DNA from: Oopsacas minuta
Lineage: Eukaryota; Animalia; Porifera
Reading direction: 5' to 3'
NCBI GenBank assembly: GCA_024704765.1
Contig: JAKMXF010000122.1
Span: 761,489-825,488, forward strand
DNA: 64,000 nucleotides
This document shows positions 1-13,139 of this stretch, piece by piece. How positions within the stretch are numbered: the first letter of the stretch is position 1; each line of letters opens with the position of its first letter. A program made the translations under genes and the position numbers. Under the pieces are notes generated by a model. That model did not search any database. It saw only the letters and a list, made by a program, of their open reading frames with translations, and was not told the DNA's origin.

Positions 1-1010
1 AGAGAAGGACTAGAGAGAGACCTGACAAAGAACAAATTGAAGAAAGTACTCGAGAAGAATCTACGAACGCTAGAAGATGAGATCAGAGAGGAGGAAACAA
101 GGGGTGTGAATGTGGGGTGGATAGAGTTGGACTGGAAGATGGAACAGCTGAAACAATCAGTGATTGATGTGTGTAAGGTTATGGCACTGAAGGAGAGACC
201 TATAATACCAGTTGATTATTCTGTGAAATTGTGTCCTGTCTGGTCTAGAGGAGGAACAGGTTCTGGTAAGATTGCTAGTCCAAGGCAAATGGCAATTGAC
301 AAAAAACACAGAATATATTTGTTGCTGATAATGACGCTAACATAATACAAGTATTCAATGGAGAAGGTAACCATCTCTACACAATACCAACACCTCAATG
401 GCCTGCTGGAATAGCTCTAATGGATGAATTCATTTTTGTATCTGCTAAAGACGACCTAGTAAAGATAGAAAAGTCAAGCAATAATTCTATCAAATCGGTT
501 AAAACAAAGAGAAGAGTCTGGGGAATTGACATTGATAGAAACATGAATGTTTATGGATGTGAGCTTGAGAACAAATCAGTAATTGTGTTTGATAAAAATC
601 TCAAATTCCTGAAAAGAATCAAACTTAAATCTACTCAAGTTAAATCCGATACAGTAACAGAGAGCATAATTCTGTACGAGGATAACATGTATATCATGTT
701 TGGTTGCTCTCCTCCTTTCCTTCTACAAATATTCTCTCTAGAAGGAATGCTAGTGAGGTGTTTGATAGAAGAAAGTGAAATTAGCTGGAGTGATTTCTTC
801 TTAATTGATCAACTGGGGAATATTATCGTAGCAGATTGGTTAGGAAAACAAATCAAGATATTCTCCAATAAAGGAAAAATACTACACACAATTAGTAGTG
901 ATATGCTACGAGGAGACCAGGAGTTATGCTATCCCTATGGATTAGCTATTGACAAGAATAGAATTATTGTAGCTCAGGAGAACAAGGAATGTAATCTCCT
1001 AGCTTTCTAG
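1..1010 (+). CDS. Coiled-coil + NHL-repeat (beta-propeller) protein, TRIM-NHL C-terminal-like; 5' partial, one frameshift
   Basis: Frame 1 is open from base 1 (REGLERDLTKNKLKK...WSRGGTGSGKIASPRQMAIDKK). Adding one A to the A6 run at 301-306 gives TQNIFVADNDANIIQVFNGEG...PAGIALMDEFIFVS, joining ORF 420..1010, which has NHL motifs (WGIDID, GNIIVADWLGKQIKIFS, PYGLAID). Confidence 0.8.
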
Positions 1011-2547
1011 TTTATTCCCAATATTTATAATATTTGTTATTTTTACTATTTTCCTATCTTCAATTTATTTCTATTTACCTTATAACTAAGCATAAATCTA
1101 CCTTTAATCATTAGCCTACTAAATATAAAGCCTAACAATAAAAGTACCAGGGATGCAGTATTAGCTGAAAGCGTGTGACATGCATATGTCAGAATTTACT
1201 GTTCTGATCTTGTCAGAATATTTAGTTTTGCACTTGTCAGAATGGTTTATAGCGAGTTTATTGTGATCCGATTTGGGAGAATTAATTTTTACATTAGTTT
1301 CGACGCTATTTAGTTGTTTATTGTTTTGGATTGACGGATTTAAATATCACCTTCTGGTAATTTTTTAAATATAGCTGTATTAAAAAACACCTGGCCAGTT
1401 ATCCAAATAGTGTACTGAAATGCCTTAACCAACGAGCCAACTTTTGAATGACAATTTTTTGACATTTTGTATAAAAGGGTCTATAGATCATTTCATTTAT
1501 TCACTTTTAGTTGATAAATGCAATATTTAACGTTCTACAATGCATCAAAGAATGATATATTTTACTAAATAAATGCTTACTAGAGAAATATTTTGACAAA
1601 TTCTTGAAAATTTTCAGCATTTATTGGTGTAAAATTTGATGTGCTACAAAATGTAATACATTTATTCTGCCAAAATCCATTTTTCTGCAATAAAGAACTT
1701 ATGTCAATAAATGCTTTCAAGTTAATACTGCATCCCTGGTGCCAAAATTTCGAGTTACTGTTAGGCCTTATGTTTAGTAGGCTATGCTTTAATTTAATTA
1801 ATTCATTAACACATTTACTAATTATCACAAACTCTCCCTTAGAGACTGAGAACTGGGAAATCTTTTTCTTTTGTTTCTTTACTCGTATATCATTACATGA
1901 ATTTTCGAATTTTAGTATCATTTGTACAGTGGATACCGGTTATCAGAACCCGTAACCCTTGGGAGTAACAAAATGTGTTTTTATAACTGGTATCTACTGT
2001 ATCTACCCTTTGGCCGAGAGACGTTAGGAGTTATCTCCTTCTGTCCAGCGATACCAGGGTTACATAACATCTGAGGTTGATAGAGCTGTGAATAGTAACA
2101 CATCTCTGTTAACTGTTGATTATATTGAATTTGATAAGTAGTGACGAAATCGCCGCAACAGTGATCATCTGACCTATTTGATCCAGCGTATTGTAGTGTT
2201 GCGCTTGAATCTGTCGTCTGTTTTGTCAAAAACTGTCCCTGAATGGGATATTATTGTCACTGTATCTATAAGAATTAATTTACCACACTCGACTAGATAT
2301 GATGCGTTACGTAAGAGGTAGGATATGCACAGGGCTATCACATTTCTCATACCCTTTCCTTGTAGTATTACGTCACGTTTGAAAGCCCCCAAAATGGAAT
2401 ATATTAGTAACTATTATTCTTAACTGCGTAATAGACATTTGGCATGGAAAGTTTTCGATTGACTCTTTAGTGCATAATCTCATAGTGTATATATAAATAT
2501 GTTGTATAACTTCTATTACCTGTATACATTTGCACGTGCACAAGGTA

Positions 2548-2711
2548 CAGTAGAACTCGTTAGTATGAACACGGTTAATACGAACAATATTTACACATAA
2601 TCAAGTCCCTACAATCGTTTTTCAATTGGTCTTGCTCGGTTAATATGTACTCCGGATAAGAAGTACAAATATCGAAGGTCCGCCCGTGTACGTATTAATG
2701 AGATTCTACTG
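2548..2711. mobile_element. Tc1/mariner (pogo/Tigger-like) MITE
   Basis: Termini CAGTAGAACTC...GAGATTCTACTG with TA on both sides. Related CAGT-ended MITEs occur at 5503-5661, 37402-37472, 50484-50658, 52510-52698 and 61535-61664. Confidence 0.75.
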
Positions 2712-3204
2712 TAATTTTCGAATAATTCAGCCATGTATAAATTTGGCCCAATAATTCAGTGTATTGGCATGTATTTGTATATCATGTAAATCACTCTTGC
2801 TGGGGGGATATATTCCCCTATCCCCCCCTGGATCCGCCACTCTAAATAAATAATATAATATGGATATTACAGTTGAAGTAGACTAGTGAGGCTCTCAAGA
2901 AAAAACTGAGAAACAAATGAGATACGTACATTCATCTGCAAAGTTTAAATAAGTATATCCGCATGCGGAACTTGCCCAAATTTACCCTTTCCCCAACATC
3001 AAAAATTTGGTAAATCAAGAACCTGATCTCGTGTTTTCGTGTTTTCAGGATCTAAGGATTATACTCTTAGGGCATTAAATGCCTCAGATTTTTGCACCAT
3101 CCCTTAGAGTTTTTACTAACGCGGTTATACAGTGTATATGTATTATTATTAAGCAACTAAAACTTAGTAATTCTTACAGCTCTTTTAATTGGATTTACAA
3201 CAGC

Positions 3205-4089
3205 ATGGAGAATGATGAAATTGTTAGCAAACTAGGTTCTCTATTAGAGAATCTGGATATCAAATCTTCTGTGGATGTCAAATCTTCTGTGGATATCAAA
3301 TCTTCTGTGGATGAAGCTACTGACTCAGAAACTGCTAATTCATTAGAATGTCCTATCTGTCTACAGTACCCTAACTATCCTATAGAGCTAGATAATTGCA
3401 AACACGTATTCTGCTTTCTGTGCATCAAAGGAGTTTGTCTAAGGATTTCTCGCTGTCCCATATGCAGAGCTGAAATACCCAGAGATATTGCTTTTGCTGG
3501 AATAACTGAAAATCAGCTGCTCAATGGTACTGGAACAAAGGAAGTTTCAAAACAAAGCACTGATGCATACTGGTACTACGAAGGTTAGTGTTTGATTTAT
3601 TCGGTTAGATCAGGACTTATAATCAAGCCCAAAGGCTGACATTGCCTGACAAATGACCATTTTCCATTTTCCTCCGTTCCGTAAATAGAGAATGCTTAGA
3701 AATCGAATTTGAAGATATTCCTTATGATTTACACATTTCAAACATTCTTAGATAATTATCATATCTGGCTTGGTTGTCAGAGATTGATGGTTTGCAACCT
3801 TTCTTGCTTTATAACATGTTAGTAATATGAATTTATTCTAGGCTACAGAGGTTGGTGGGAGTATGACAGTGTGACAGGATCTAAGATAGAACAAGCGTTT
3901 CAATCAGGAGAGCATAAACTCAATGTCTATCTATTTGGATACAATTACACGATTAATCTGGATAAGATGCAACAGTGTCGTGAAGACAGTACTAATCGTG
4001 TTAGAAAGATCCTGAGAAATGAGGTTCAGATGGATAGTGACAAGAAGGGTGTAGCTGGAATATTTTCTACAAAAAACTCCGACAAATGA
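3205..4089 (+). CDS. RNF146: E3 ubiquitin ligase RNF146/Iduna (RING + WWE, PAR-dependent), 208 aa
   Basis: Exons 3205-3583 and 3842-4089 are joined by a phase-1 GT-AG intron. The C3HC4 RING (CPIC..CKHVFCFLC..CPIC) is intact. The spliced WWE reads YWYYEGYRGWWEYD...GYNYTINLDKMQQ...RVRKILR...KKGVAGI, matching the RNF146 pattern WYYEGRNGWWQYD...KKGVAGL. Confidence 0.92.
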
Positions 4090-4571
4090 ATTATTGCTGA
4101 TATTTCATTTGTATTGCACTACTGCTATGTAATTACACGTTATTAATGAAGTGAATTGTTAAAACATTGAGACTATAGTATATACTATTTAATCCTTATT
4201 GAGGATTTCAATACCGGAAAAGTTCAAAAGAAACTGGAAATTACCTCCCAAGCAAAGAAAATCCCTCCAATGAATATAGGGATACCTATTTTAGTATTTA
4301 ATGCTAGAGAACATCTTGTCCTAACCCTTATCAGCTCTAGTTTATACGTTTTAACAAGATTCTGTCAGGAGCTGCCTTAATCCTTACCTTATATGCTTAT
4401 GTTAATAATTATCTCTAGAATGCTGTCCTCCTACATCCTACTACCAGCTACCCTTGATAATTATACAGTCAATTCAGCTTAGTTTTTTTCTACACAGATT
4501 GTCCTAATTAAGTTAGGATTCCTTATACTATGAATGGAATTTACAATATATGCTGTGTTTTGGAACGCTCA

Positions 4572-4680
4572 AATAACTGATCATAGGATAATAACTGGTC
4601 ATAGGATAATAACTGGTCATAGGATAATAACTGGTCATAGGATAATAACTGGTCATAGGATAATAACTGGTCATAGGATC
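4572..4680. repeat. 18-bp tandem repeat (ATAGGATAATAACTGGTC), about 5-6 copies
   Basis: Near-identical head-to-tail units with no spacers. Confidence 0.95.
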
Positions 4681-4910
4681 TACAATAGAATGGCATATGA
4701 TTCCAATTAAGCTGAAATCCTGATTATTGAAATTTGTATTATCAGGATTAGTTAAGAATTCTCTTAAGATTGTTTGATATAGTTTGGAAGTAAAATATAT
4801 TTCCTATTAAATAATTTGTTGAATTATTAATCAAACCTTCACAATCCTCTCACATATTATAATTATCCTCAATCATTTAATTCATTCTGAATTATCATAG
4901 CTGTTGGTTA

Positions 4911-7900
4911 ATGGCCAAAAAGAAGGTAACCAAGAAGCTGAAGAAGGGAGGAAAGGCTAAAGGGAAGGGCAAGAAGAAAAGCAAGAAAGGTGGAGAGAAG
5001 GTGGACAAAGAGCTCGTGTACAAAGAAGCTGTATCTCAGTGTAAGATATGGGAGCATAGAGTATCTGCTGTAGAGCTGTCTAGACAGGAGTACAGAGATC
5101 ATACATTTAAGCTTTTGAAAGAGAATGAATCCCTACACCAAGCCCTGCGTGGAACTGAGCAGGATACAATAGAAGTGATAGCCTTCTTGAAGAGAGAATC
5201 TGGACAGAAAGAGGCTCTCGTAAGTTGTAGTAATATATACAATGATTCTGTAATTAACTAATTATATGGAGAACTTACTTGTTTTAGTAGATTCTCGTAA
5301 TCACGTACCAGGGCACAGTCGAATTCGTACTCCCTATCCACTTATCCAGAGATACATCTTACCCGTGTTCCTGTTAATGGGAGTCTATAGAAGGTATACG
5401 TATGGGTTACCAATTCCCAACACTTATAAAATTGGAATAGATTCATTTATTTCATTTAAGTATATACTATTTCAAAAGATTAGTGTTAGTTATAGCAAAT
5501 TACAGTAGAACCTCCTTAATACGAACTTCCCGATATGACGAACAAATATTCACAAAATATTAAGTCCCTAATCCCTACAATAGTTATTCAATTGGTATTA
5601 CTCCGGAAATAACCAACAGATTTGACCATATGTTGGTGTTTGTATTTACGAGGTTCCACTGTGTAGGAATTTACACGATTTGGAGCAAATCAGTTAAATA
5701 AAGTGGAGCATTAGTCGTCTATAATAAGGCAATAAGTGTATAGAAAATTTATAAGCTACACGCTACGGCTCGTATAATCTTCTTTGTCATTTCTCTTGGG
5801 CGACAATCGTTAACCGCTTCCACTGTACTATCTTACAAATAGCTTTAGGAAACAAAATCAAACCTGTGGGGGTCCAGAATGCGAAATTACTACATCTATG
5901 TAAATTTCACATAAATATAGTCTCCGCCTCTAAACCTGGGGGTCCACACCCCTAGTCCCAGGTACCCATAATGGCGCCTACGGTCATTGGCTACCTCCTC
6001 TAATATAACGATGAATATCAAATTACTACCACACCTCTGGAAAAATACCACTTATGGCCAGTCCTCTCTGTATTTGTGTGAGAGTATGATTAATCATATG
6101 ATGAATCATGTAGATATGAATTAAGAATGTCGAAATTAGAATTTACAAGTTTGATTCCCTAACTAGTTATTGAAACTTATAGCCAGGGTTAATCGAGCTC
6201 GTAAATTTATATAACAGTTTTGAATATGCCAAAAGTTGTGGAATATTTTGAATGATTTACTAATCCGTTTGTATATTTTATACTTCCAATTTCCAGAATC
6301 CTACTCTACTCCTAAATGTACACATTATTCATTACAAAGTCATCGCTTCCTAGATGTACGTTGTATGGGATCCAGTGATCAATTATTGCCAGTAATTCTC
6401 AGTTCCGCACATATGTTTTCCTGTGCCTCAAGTTAGAGTATTGTTGGCTAATCATATACACAAATAAAATATTAGTTTTGGGTGCCAGGAACTTTATCCT
6501 CAACTAGTACAGCAAAATTGGCCTACTACTAATCCACCAAAATGATCTTACAATAGGTTATCAATCCGTCTTAGCTATTATTGGAATCACAACTGTTCAT
6601 CGAATCTAGCGCACTGCACTAACTGATGTAGATATCCCTGTATCTATACTTAGGCTGGCTATATCTATTGTGATTCAAATACAACGAACCTCCAATTAGG
6701 GAACACTCTTTGGACTGCTGAATAGTAACCTAATATGGCTGTTTTCCATGATAAGAGGTCTGCCTTTTAGTGGCCTATCATAATCTTTATGAGGCATAGC
6801 GTTCTCTAATGGAGGTTTTACTGTATGTCGTAGGCTAAACTAGATACTTCATCCAATAGGTGCTAGGCTACTAGTACAATGTTAGAAGTACTACATGTAT
6901 ACAGTCTCAGTTGCTATGGAACGTATTCGAACATTCAATTGTAGTTTTGCTGCCTCGGAATCCCGGACTAAATCAACTTCCCGTTTCCCAGAAATGATAG
7001 ATCTCTTGAATTATTTATCCAACAGTCCTAACTAATAAACTATGTATGTAATTACAATTGAAGAACTATTTCTCAGTTTTCCGGTAAATCCCGGTAAATA
7101 ATAAAATCATTCCCGGTATCCCAGGAGAGAAATCTCAGGGAAATACAGCAACACTAATGCCCTAAACAAGGTATAAGACTGATACATATAAGTGATATAA
7201 CTACTTGTAATCTTTGTAGATCACTGAGCTACAAGAGGAAAAGAAACGTGTAAAGAGAGACCTACGCAAAGAGAAAGAGGAATTGCTATCACAGCACAGA
7301 GAAAATATCCTTCTGCTGAATGAAGCGCTGTCTGCAAAGGGCCAGGAGATCAAGGTGTTGCAGGCAGAACTTAAACAAGTGAAAGAGTTTAGGAAGATGC
7401 GGACCCAGCTGTTGGATGAGCTAGAGAGTAGCAAGAGTAAGCTGCAGCAGACGGAAATATATTGTAGGGAGTCTATGAGGAAAACTGAACAGAAGTGCTT
7501 TGAAGAGAAGCTACGGATGCATCAAGAGACTACTCGGAAGATGGCAGAGCTAGCGGAGAGAGCACATGAAGAAGCCAAGTTAAATCTGGATCAGACTACT
7601 GTAAACATATTTAAGGAGAACGTCCGTATCAATGAGGCGCTGAGTCTGCACATACAAGAAGGAGAGATGTTGAGGAAGAAGGGGAAGCGGTTGGAAGAAG
7701 AGACAGTAAAGCTACGTTTAGACAATGAGTTAGACCAGGTACGTACAGCCATACATAAACAGTAGGTTAAGAGATTTTTATTTTTCATGGAGGTTTTTAC
7801 TCAATTTTTAGTATTCGTACATCTTTTGTAATATTTCGAGTTTTCCATTATTTTAATTATTATTATTATATATTGACATATAAGAAACGTAATTACTACT

Positions 7901-8749
7901 TATCATACTTGGTTACCTTACGTATATAGACGGTGTGAAGTTCTATATACGTTTATTCTATAAGAATTACTTTTTTAAAACGATTTTGTCAAATCGGTGA
8001 TTTAAAGACCACATCTCCCGCGTATGAGGGATACCTAGATACCATAATCAATTGATAGTATTCACAAGAGTATCATTATATCTTAGGTAAGACTGAAGGA
8101 GAATGCACGTGTTCAGGAGCAGCAGAAGAAACAGATATCTCTGCTAGACTACAAGCTATACTCACTTGGATTGGAGCTGAGTAATAGTGAGAGTGTCAGA
8201 GAGCAGAACATGCAGCTGGCTATTGTGGAGAAGGAAGATGCGAGAAAGGATGACTGTGTGCAGCTAGAACTGCTACAGAGAAGTGTTAAGCTTAAAAATA
8301 AGGAGTTGTGTCAGGTTAAGCAAGCTGCTAGGCTTGTATTACAGCAGAGATCTGATATCGAGACGTTCTTCTTGGATGCCCTATCCTTCGTACGGAAACA
8401 GATCGTGGGGAGTGAGAGATCTCGTAGAGTTAATGAGAAATTGCCACCAATTACAGGCAATACCTCTGTGGTTGATAAGAATTCATTTCCAGTGGATGGA
8501 CAAACTGATACTGTAGATATAGGTGAGTTAACCTGGGAGCAGAAGGAGCAGGTGTTGAGGATGTTATTCGCACAAATGAATGGAAACAAAGTTTTCTCTA
8601 AAAAGCAGAATCATATACGTGATGATAAAGTAAAGAGAGACAATTTACGTAACTTAGATAATCACAGCTCTTCAGATATCACTACCTCTGAGAATTCATC
8701 AAACACATTTATTACTCAGAGTGACAATCAGGACATCTCGATCACTTAA
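4911..8749 (+). CDS. BBOF1: Basal body-orientation factor 1 (BBOF1/CCDC176), 496 aa
   Basis: Exons 4911-5219, 7220-7738 and 8087-8749 are all joined by phase-0 GT-AG introns. Lys-rich N-terminus plus the motifs WEHRVSAVELSRQEYRD, MAELAERAHEEA..NIFKENVRINEAL and QRSDIETFFLDAL, which match the CCDC176 family. Confidence 0.9.
5503..5661. mobile_element. Tc1/mariner-type MITE in BBOF1 intron 1
   Basis: TIRs CAGTAGAACCTC / GAGGTTCCACTG. Confidence 0.65.
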
Positions 8750-9865
8750 TTGATGGATTACTAACTGTACGAATATACAATCTTATATTAAAACACTTCC
8801 ATGGTATTACTGTTAATAATTATTGCTATTACTATACCAATTGGCTAATAATCTAAACGCTGGGTTATATTTATAGATTAATCTAACTGTTTAATCGGAC
8901 ATTTGATCGAATCATGGACTTTTTAATTTTCAAATATTCTTAGTTGGATAAATTCCTTTGAAATAGGATTTAGGGATGAGTCATAAACGTTACGATTTTG
9001 CTATAAAATCCCTTATATTTAAGAAGCCATTTCCATCTCATCTACAATAGTTTTTGTTTGTTGTTGTCAGAAGTCCGAATTCACATAGTGGGCTACGGCC
9101 TACGGGGCTTGATATATTTTGATAATGTTCTCCAACTTTATATCCTGTGAGAGACATACTATGTATATACTAAAGCGGATTCTGCTTAATCCCACACTCG
9201 TCGGGACATGAAAATAGTGTCGGATTATACAAGTTTCACTGTGAGTGCTATAATCAGTGTATTTCATTGATATCTGATTTTACCGCTACCTAGGTATTAT
9301 TGTCCATATATTAAGTTTCCCGCGCCCTAGTGTATTAAGAACATGGGGATACCACCTAATAAAGGTCAGATTTCGCGACCCTCATATATATTTCCCAAAA
9401 GTCACGCACCCAGATAAAGGCCTGAATGATGTCCATCGATACTGGGTGGGTGTTACGATTAGCCCAAAGCTACAATTAATAGTATTACAGTATAACCTAG
9501 ATTAGTAGGGTCTCTAGAAATGGGAATCTCTAAGCGGATGAATTGTGGTCGTGGTCTCACGTTCATGCATAGAAACGAAAAACTAAAAGCAGGGAATTCT
9601 ACGAAAAAATCCTCGAATTATCATTTGTGACTAAATTTATATAATTCACGTATTTATCGCTGTAATCGATTGAAATCTTTACATTCCTCAGGATCAATAT
9701 TATACATTTATACATCATTGAATAAACCCGAAAAGCTCTGGTTAAAGAACATTTTCAGTTGAAATCATAAGTGGGGGATAGGGTGATATCATAACATTCT
9801 CCGTCCCGAGTCTCGATCTTCCCTACTTACGAGGTTCGACTGTAAAAACTATGTATATACCTGCA

Positions 9866-10035
9866 TAGGCGTAGTTAGGGGGTTGCTAGATGTTGCTAGC
9901 AACTCCAGGGCTACGATCAGCAACCCCTGGATTACTAGAGATGTGAGTACTCTCTGTATGATTAGGGTTGCTAACAACCCCAGAGCAATTGTTAGCAACT
10001 CTAGAGGCAGCCCAAAAGAGGAAATGCTAGCTACG
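9866..10035. mobile_element. MITE with internal GGGGTTGCTAGCAACCCC palindromes
   Basis: Ends GGCGTAGTTAG...CTAGCTACGT. A related copy lies at 29968-30086. Confidence 0.6.
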
Positions 10036-10696
10036 TATTTGTATATTTGGTACATTGGGTATACACATTTCATCTATGTACTGAGATCATAAATGTTGAT
10101 GTCCTTCAAAAGTCCCAAATATTATTGTCTTCTTCTATCATTTCTTTGAAGTAAAATTTTCCTCATTCTATATAAATACTTTTATTCCACAATACCATAG
10201 AACTGGTAGTCACACCCACAGTACACATTATTTTAGAGGGATACACGGGACATGATATATTAGTGTTAGTCTGTTCTACTCATGTAGCACGATTTAACCT
10301 GACATAACATCTGATTGATGCTCTGTTATGCTTACATTAGATTAGATTAGATATATCGATACAACTTTTCTAGCACATTTTCGATTGCGTATGACGAAAG
10401 TTAGACAATCTATAACAAACATTCATTGCATGAAGATTGTCTGGGTAACCTCCAGATAGTCTTCTTTTGACAGTAGGGACTTTTCGGGTGACTAGGTAGA
10501 TTAGACGCCTATAATAATAATTCATAATAATATTATATACGTACATATTAATCTGTAGTTCTATGCAAATTACATACACAATTCTTATTGTATAGATATA
10601 GGGTATCTGAACCTTTAATCTCTTGATGAGGATTTCCTTCATTCCAACTAGTTACAACACATGAATTAAGTAATACTGTTATACCAACAGATAGCA

Positions 10697-10975
10697 ATGA
10701 ATACAAGTACATCTACCAACAGCACAGCTTCAGCTGTTCCCACTCCAGTATTCACCCCCGAGCAGCTAGCTAATCTTATTTGTGCCATAATCGCATTATT
10801 CTTACTTGGCAATATAACATGCTGGGTGTTGTGGTGTTGTGTACCCCAGGAGTCTAGAATACTTAACGATCTCAGAAAGGTCTCTAGAAAACAGACCATA
10901 GAACTGGAAACACTCATCTCTATAGAGAAAGATAAGTTTAACAAGGATGTAGGAACAGAACTTCAGGAAGCATGA
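10697..10975 (+). CDS. Small single-pass membrane protein (92 aa), unknown family
   Basis: Clean ATG-to-stop ORF. It has a Ser/Thr-rich N-terminus with N-x-S/T sites, one hydrophobic helix (LICAIIALFLLGNITCWVLW), a juxtamembrane CC motif and a charged tail. Confidence 0.55.
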   Translation: MNTSTSTNSTASAVPTPVFTPEQLANLICAIIALFLLGNITCWVLWCCVPQESRILNDLRKVSRKQTIELETLISIEKDKFNKDVGTELQEA

Positions 10976-11968
10976 CTCACTATAGATTAATTAAATTATT
11001 GTATACTCGCTTTTATGAATTTATTTGTATAAATATCTAGAATATTGTATAACATTCCGTAACATAACAATTACAGTTTTCTGAACATCAGTGTAACCAC
11101 CTGCTAATTCGTAAAATATACGATATTCACACTTATAACGAACTAATTGAGATGGTCGCATTTTATTCGCTATAAGCGTGAATTCGTTGAAACGGCAATC
11201 CTTAATCTCATTTAGGCGCCATTTATGCTATGGCGTTAGCAGTTGACTATTTTCTCGAATATTTAAAAAAAAATGTCCAGCCGACTGACTGGAAGTGCAG
11301 GGCAGGGTTTTATCCTCAAATCCTATGGATAAGATTCTAAATAATTATCCTGCAACTACCCCCTGTCTAACCTGAAACGAATCTCTAGCATCAATTTGAA
11401 ATATGTACTAAAGGTGTGAAAATATGATTAATCAGTGAGTGAGAGATTGGAAAATGTCAAATTGGTATCTCATACTCGGCTACCCCTGATTAGCAGTTAA
11501 AAAGAAATTCTGGCATCATTTTGAATTATATGCAAAATTTTGTGAAAAAAAAATTATCATATGATAAATCATATACGTAGATATAGATTTGAAAGTTTGA
11601 AATTTGAAATCTACATGCTCGGACTCTACGCACCCAACTACCCCTGACAACATGTTGAAAGCTAATCTCTAGCTTGCTTTTGTATTTTACAAAGAAATGT
11701 GTGAAAATATGATTTAATCACAAAAAAGTGTGAAATATTTACTTTAGAAAACATTCATACCCCTGAGCTGAAAATCTCCGACCCAAATGTATATGTATAC
11801 AAATTTCATGTGAATCTAACTGCTAGATTTCGCACTGCCGCGCGGACGTCGCACATCGTACATGCCATTAGGGCATCTTCCCATAGGATCTGCACTACAA
11901 ATGTTTTATCTAATTTTATACCAGTATTGTTTGAATTCCTTCATGTACTTCACACCATGGCCTACATA

Positions 11969-12711
11969 CACGGCTAGCTAAGCAAAGAATTGCCAAAATA
12001 ATTTCCAGGCCATTGAATATATTCTGTTTGATCATGAAGTATTACACAAATTCAACTGTAAATAGGATTCGGGAGACATCTAGAATACTTTTGAACCTGC
12101 TTTCTAAGGTATATTAACTACAATGACGCGATCAAATTTCATGCCCATATATGGTAATTTTTTCAGAAATTTTCAGAACTTAAACTAATACTTTTTATCA
12201 AAATGCCTTCTACTTGTTAAATGTTAGTTTATGTAACCAAAAGATGATCTTCATTTTCATAAACACTCATTAAATAATCATTTAGTGATATTAGCCGTAA
12301 AACAGCATTAAAAAGTCAATCCTAGAAAATCGAAGAAATTCCATCAAAAAAATGTATGCAAACACAAAATAAGTCAAAATTGTTACCCATTTTTATAAGT
12401 GTATTGTAATACAGTATTTCTATTGTGTTTTTGTGCTAAGTTAATAAGAATCAAGATTCATTTCATGGGATTTGTGGTTTTTCGATAATATTGGTATATA
12501 TTAGTAAAATAATTACCATTATTGAAGGTGAAGTTTGATTGCGTCATTGTGGTTAAAATAACTTAGAAAGCAGGTTCAAAAATATTCTAGATGTCTCCCG
12601 AATCCTATTTACAGTTGAATTTGTAATGATAACTGCAATTCTTCATGATCAAACAGAAGATAATCAATGGCCTGGAAATTGTTTTGGCAATTCTTTGCTT
12701 GGGTAGCCGTG
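11969..12711. mobile_element. Non-autonomous DNA transposon with about 175-bp TIRs (CACGG...CCGTG)
   Basis: 11969-12140 is the reverse complement of about 12535-12711. A second, truncated copy lies at about 49320-49800. Confidence 0.8.
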
Positions 12712-13139
12712 TATATAGTAGGCTATACTTCACACTCAAAATAAATCCATGTTTAACGATAGCATATTTGAAGAAATTTTCAATTTATAATTTTATACCA
12801 TGAACATGAAAATAAAATGTTTATCAAAAGTCTGAATTGAGAAAAATGCTCGCGAGGACATCTGGTGGTAGGGAAATTTGTTCACGGAAGCCTCCATGCA
12901 GGTATAAACACTAATTCAGGGTAGATTTCCGCTCTAACCAACGCAGGAGTTCCTCAAAATGACCTGGAACAACATCAGAGCAGGTATGGCCATTAATCCA
13001 GGGTAAATCCCCATCAATACAACCTAGTCAGTAGTGCTTCAAATGACCTGGAACGACGACTTTTCTCGTGGAAATACTTTCGCGAGCATTGATCCGCAAC
13101 CATCTTTTCGTCAACGCTTTTCTCAGTCCTAATTTGAGT

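Noticed and set aside
295-312. Programmed -1 ribosomal frameshift at GACAAAAAAC
   Set aside because: The A_AAA_AAC heptamer is not in the reading frame needed for slippage, and the site fits the window-wide homopolymer indel pattern.
1580-2392. Short track ORFs at 1580-2392 and similar 60-110 aa ORFs elsewhere (for example 15772, 30434, 33534, 46414, 60436, 62416)
   Set aside because: They overlap identified repeats or are antisense shadows of real genes, often start at non-ATG codons, and contain no domains.
4572-4680. Possible CRISPR array (also considered for 48988-49245 and 61296-61370)
   Set aside because: Units are contiguous tandem copies with no unique spacers, there are no cas genes, and the context is eukaryotic.
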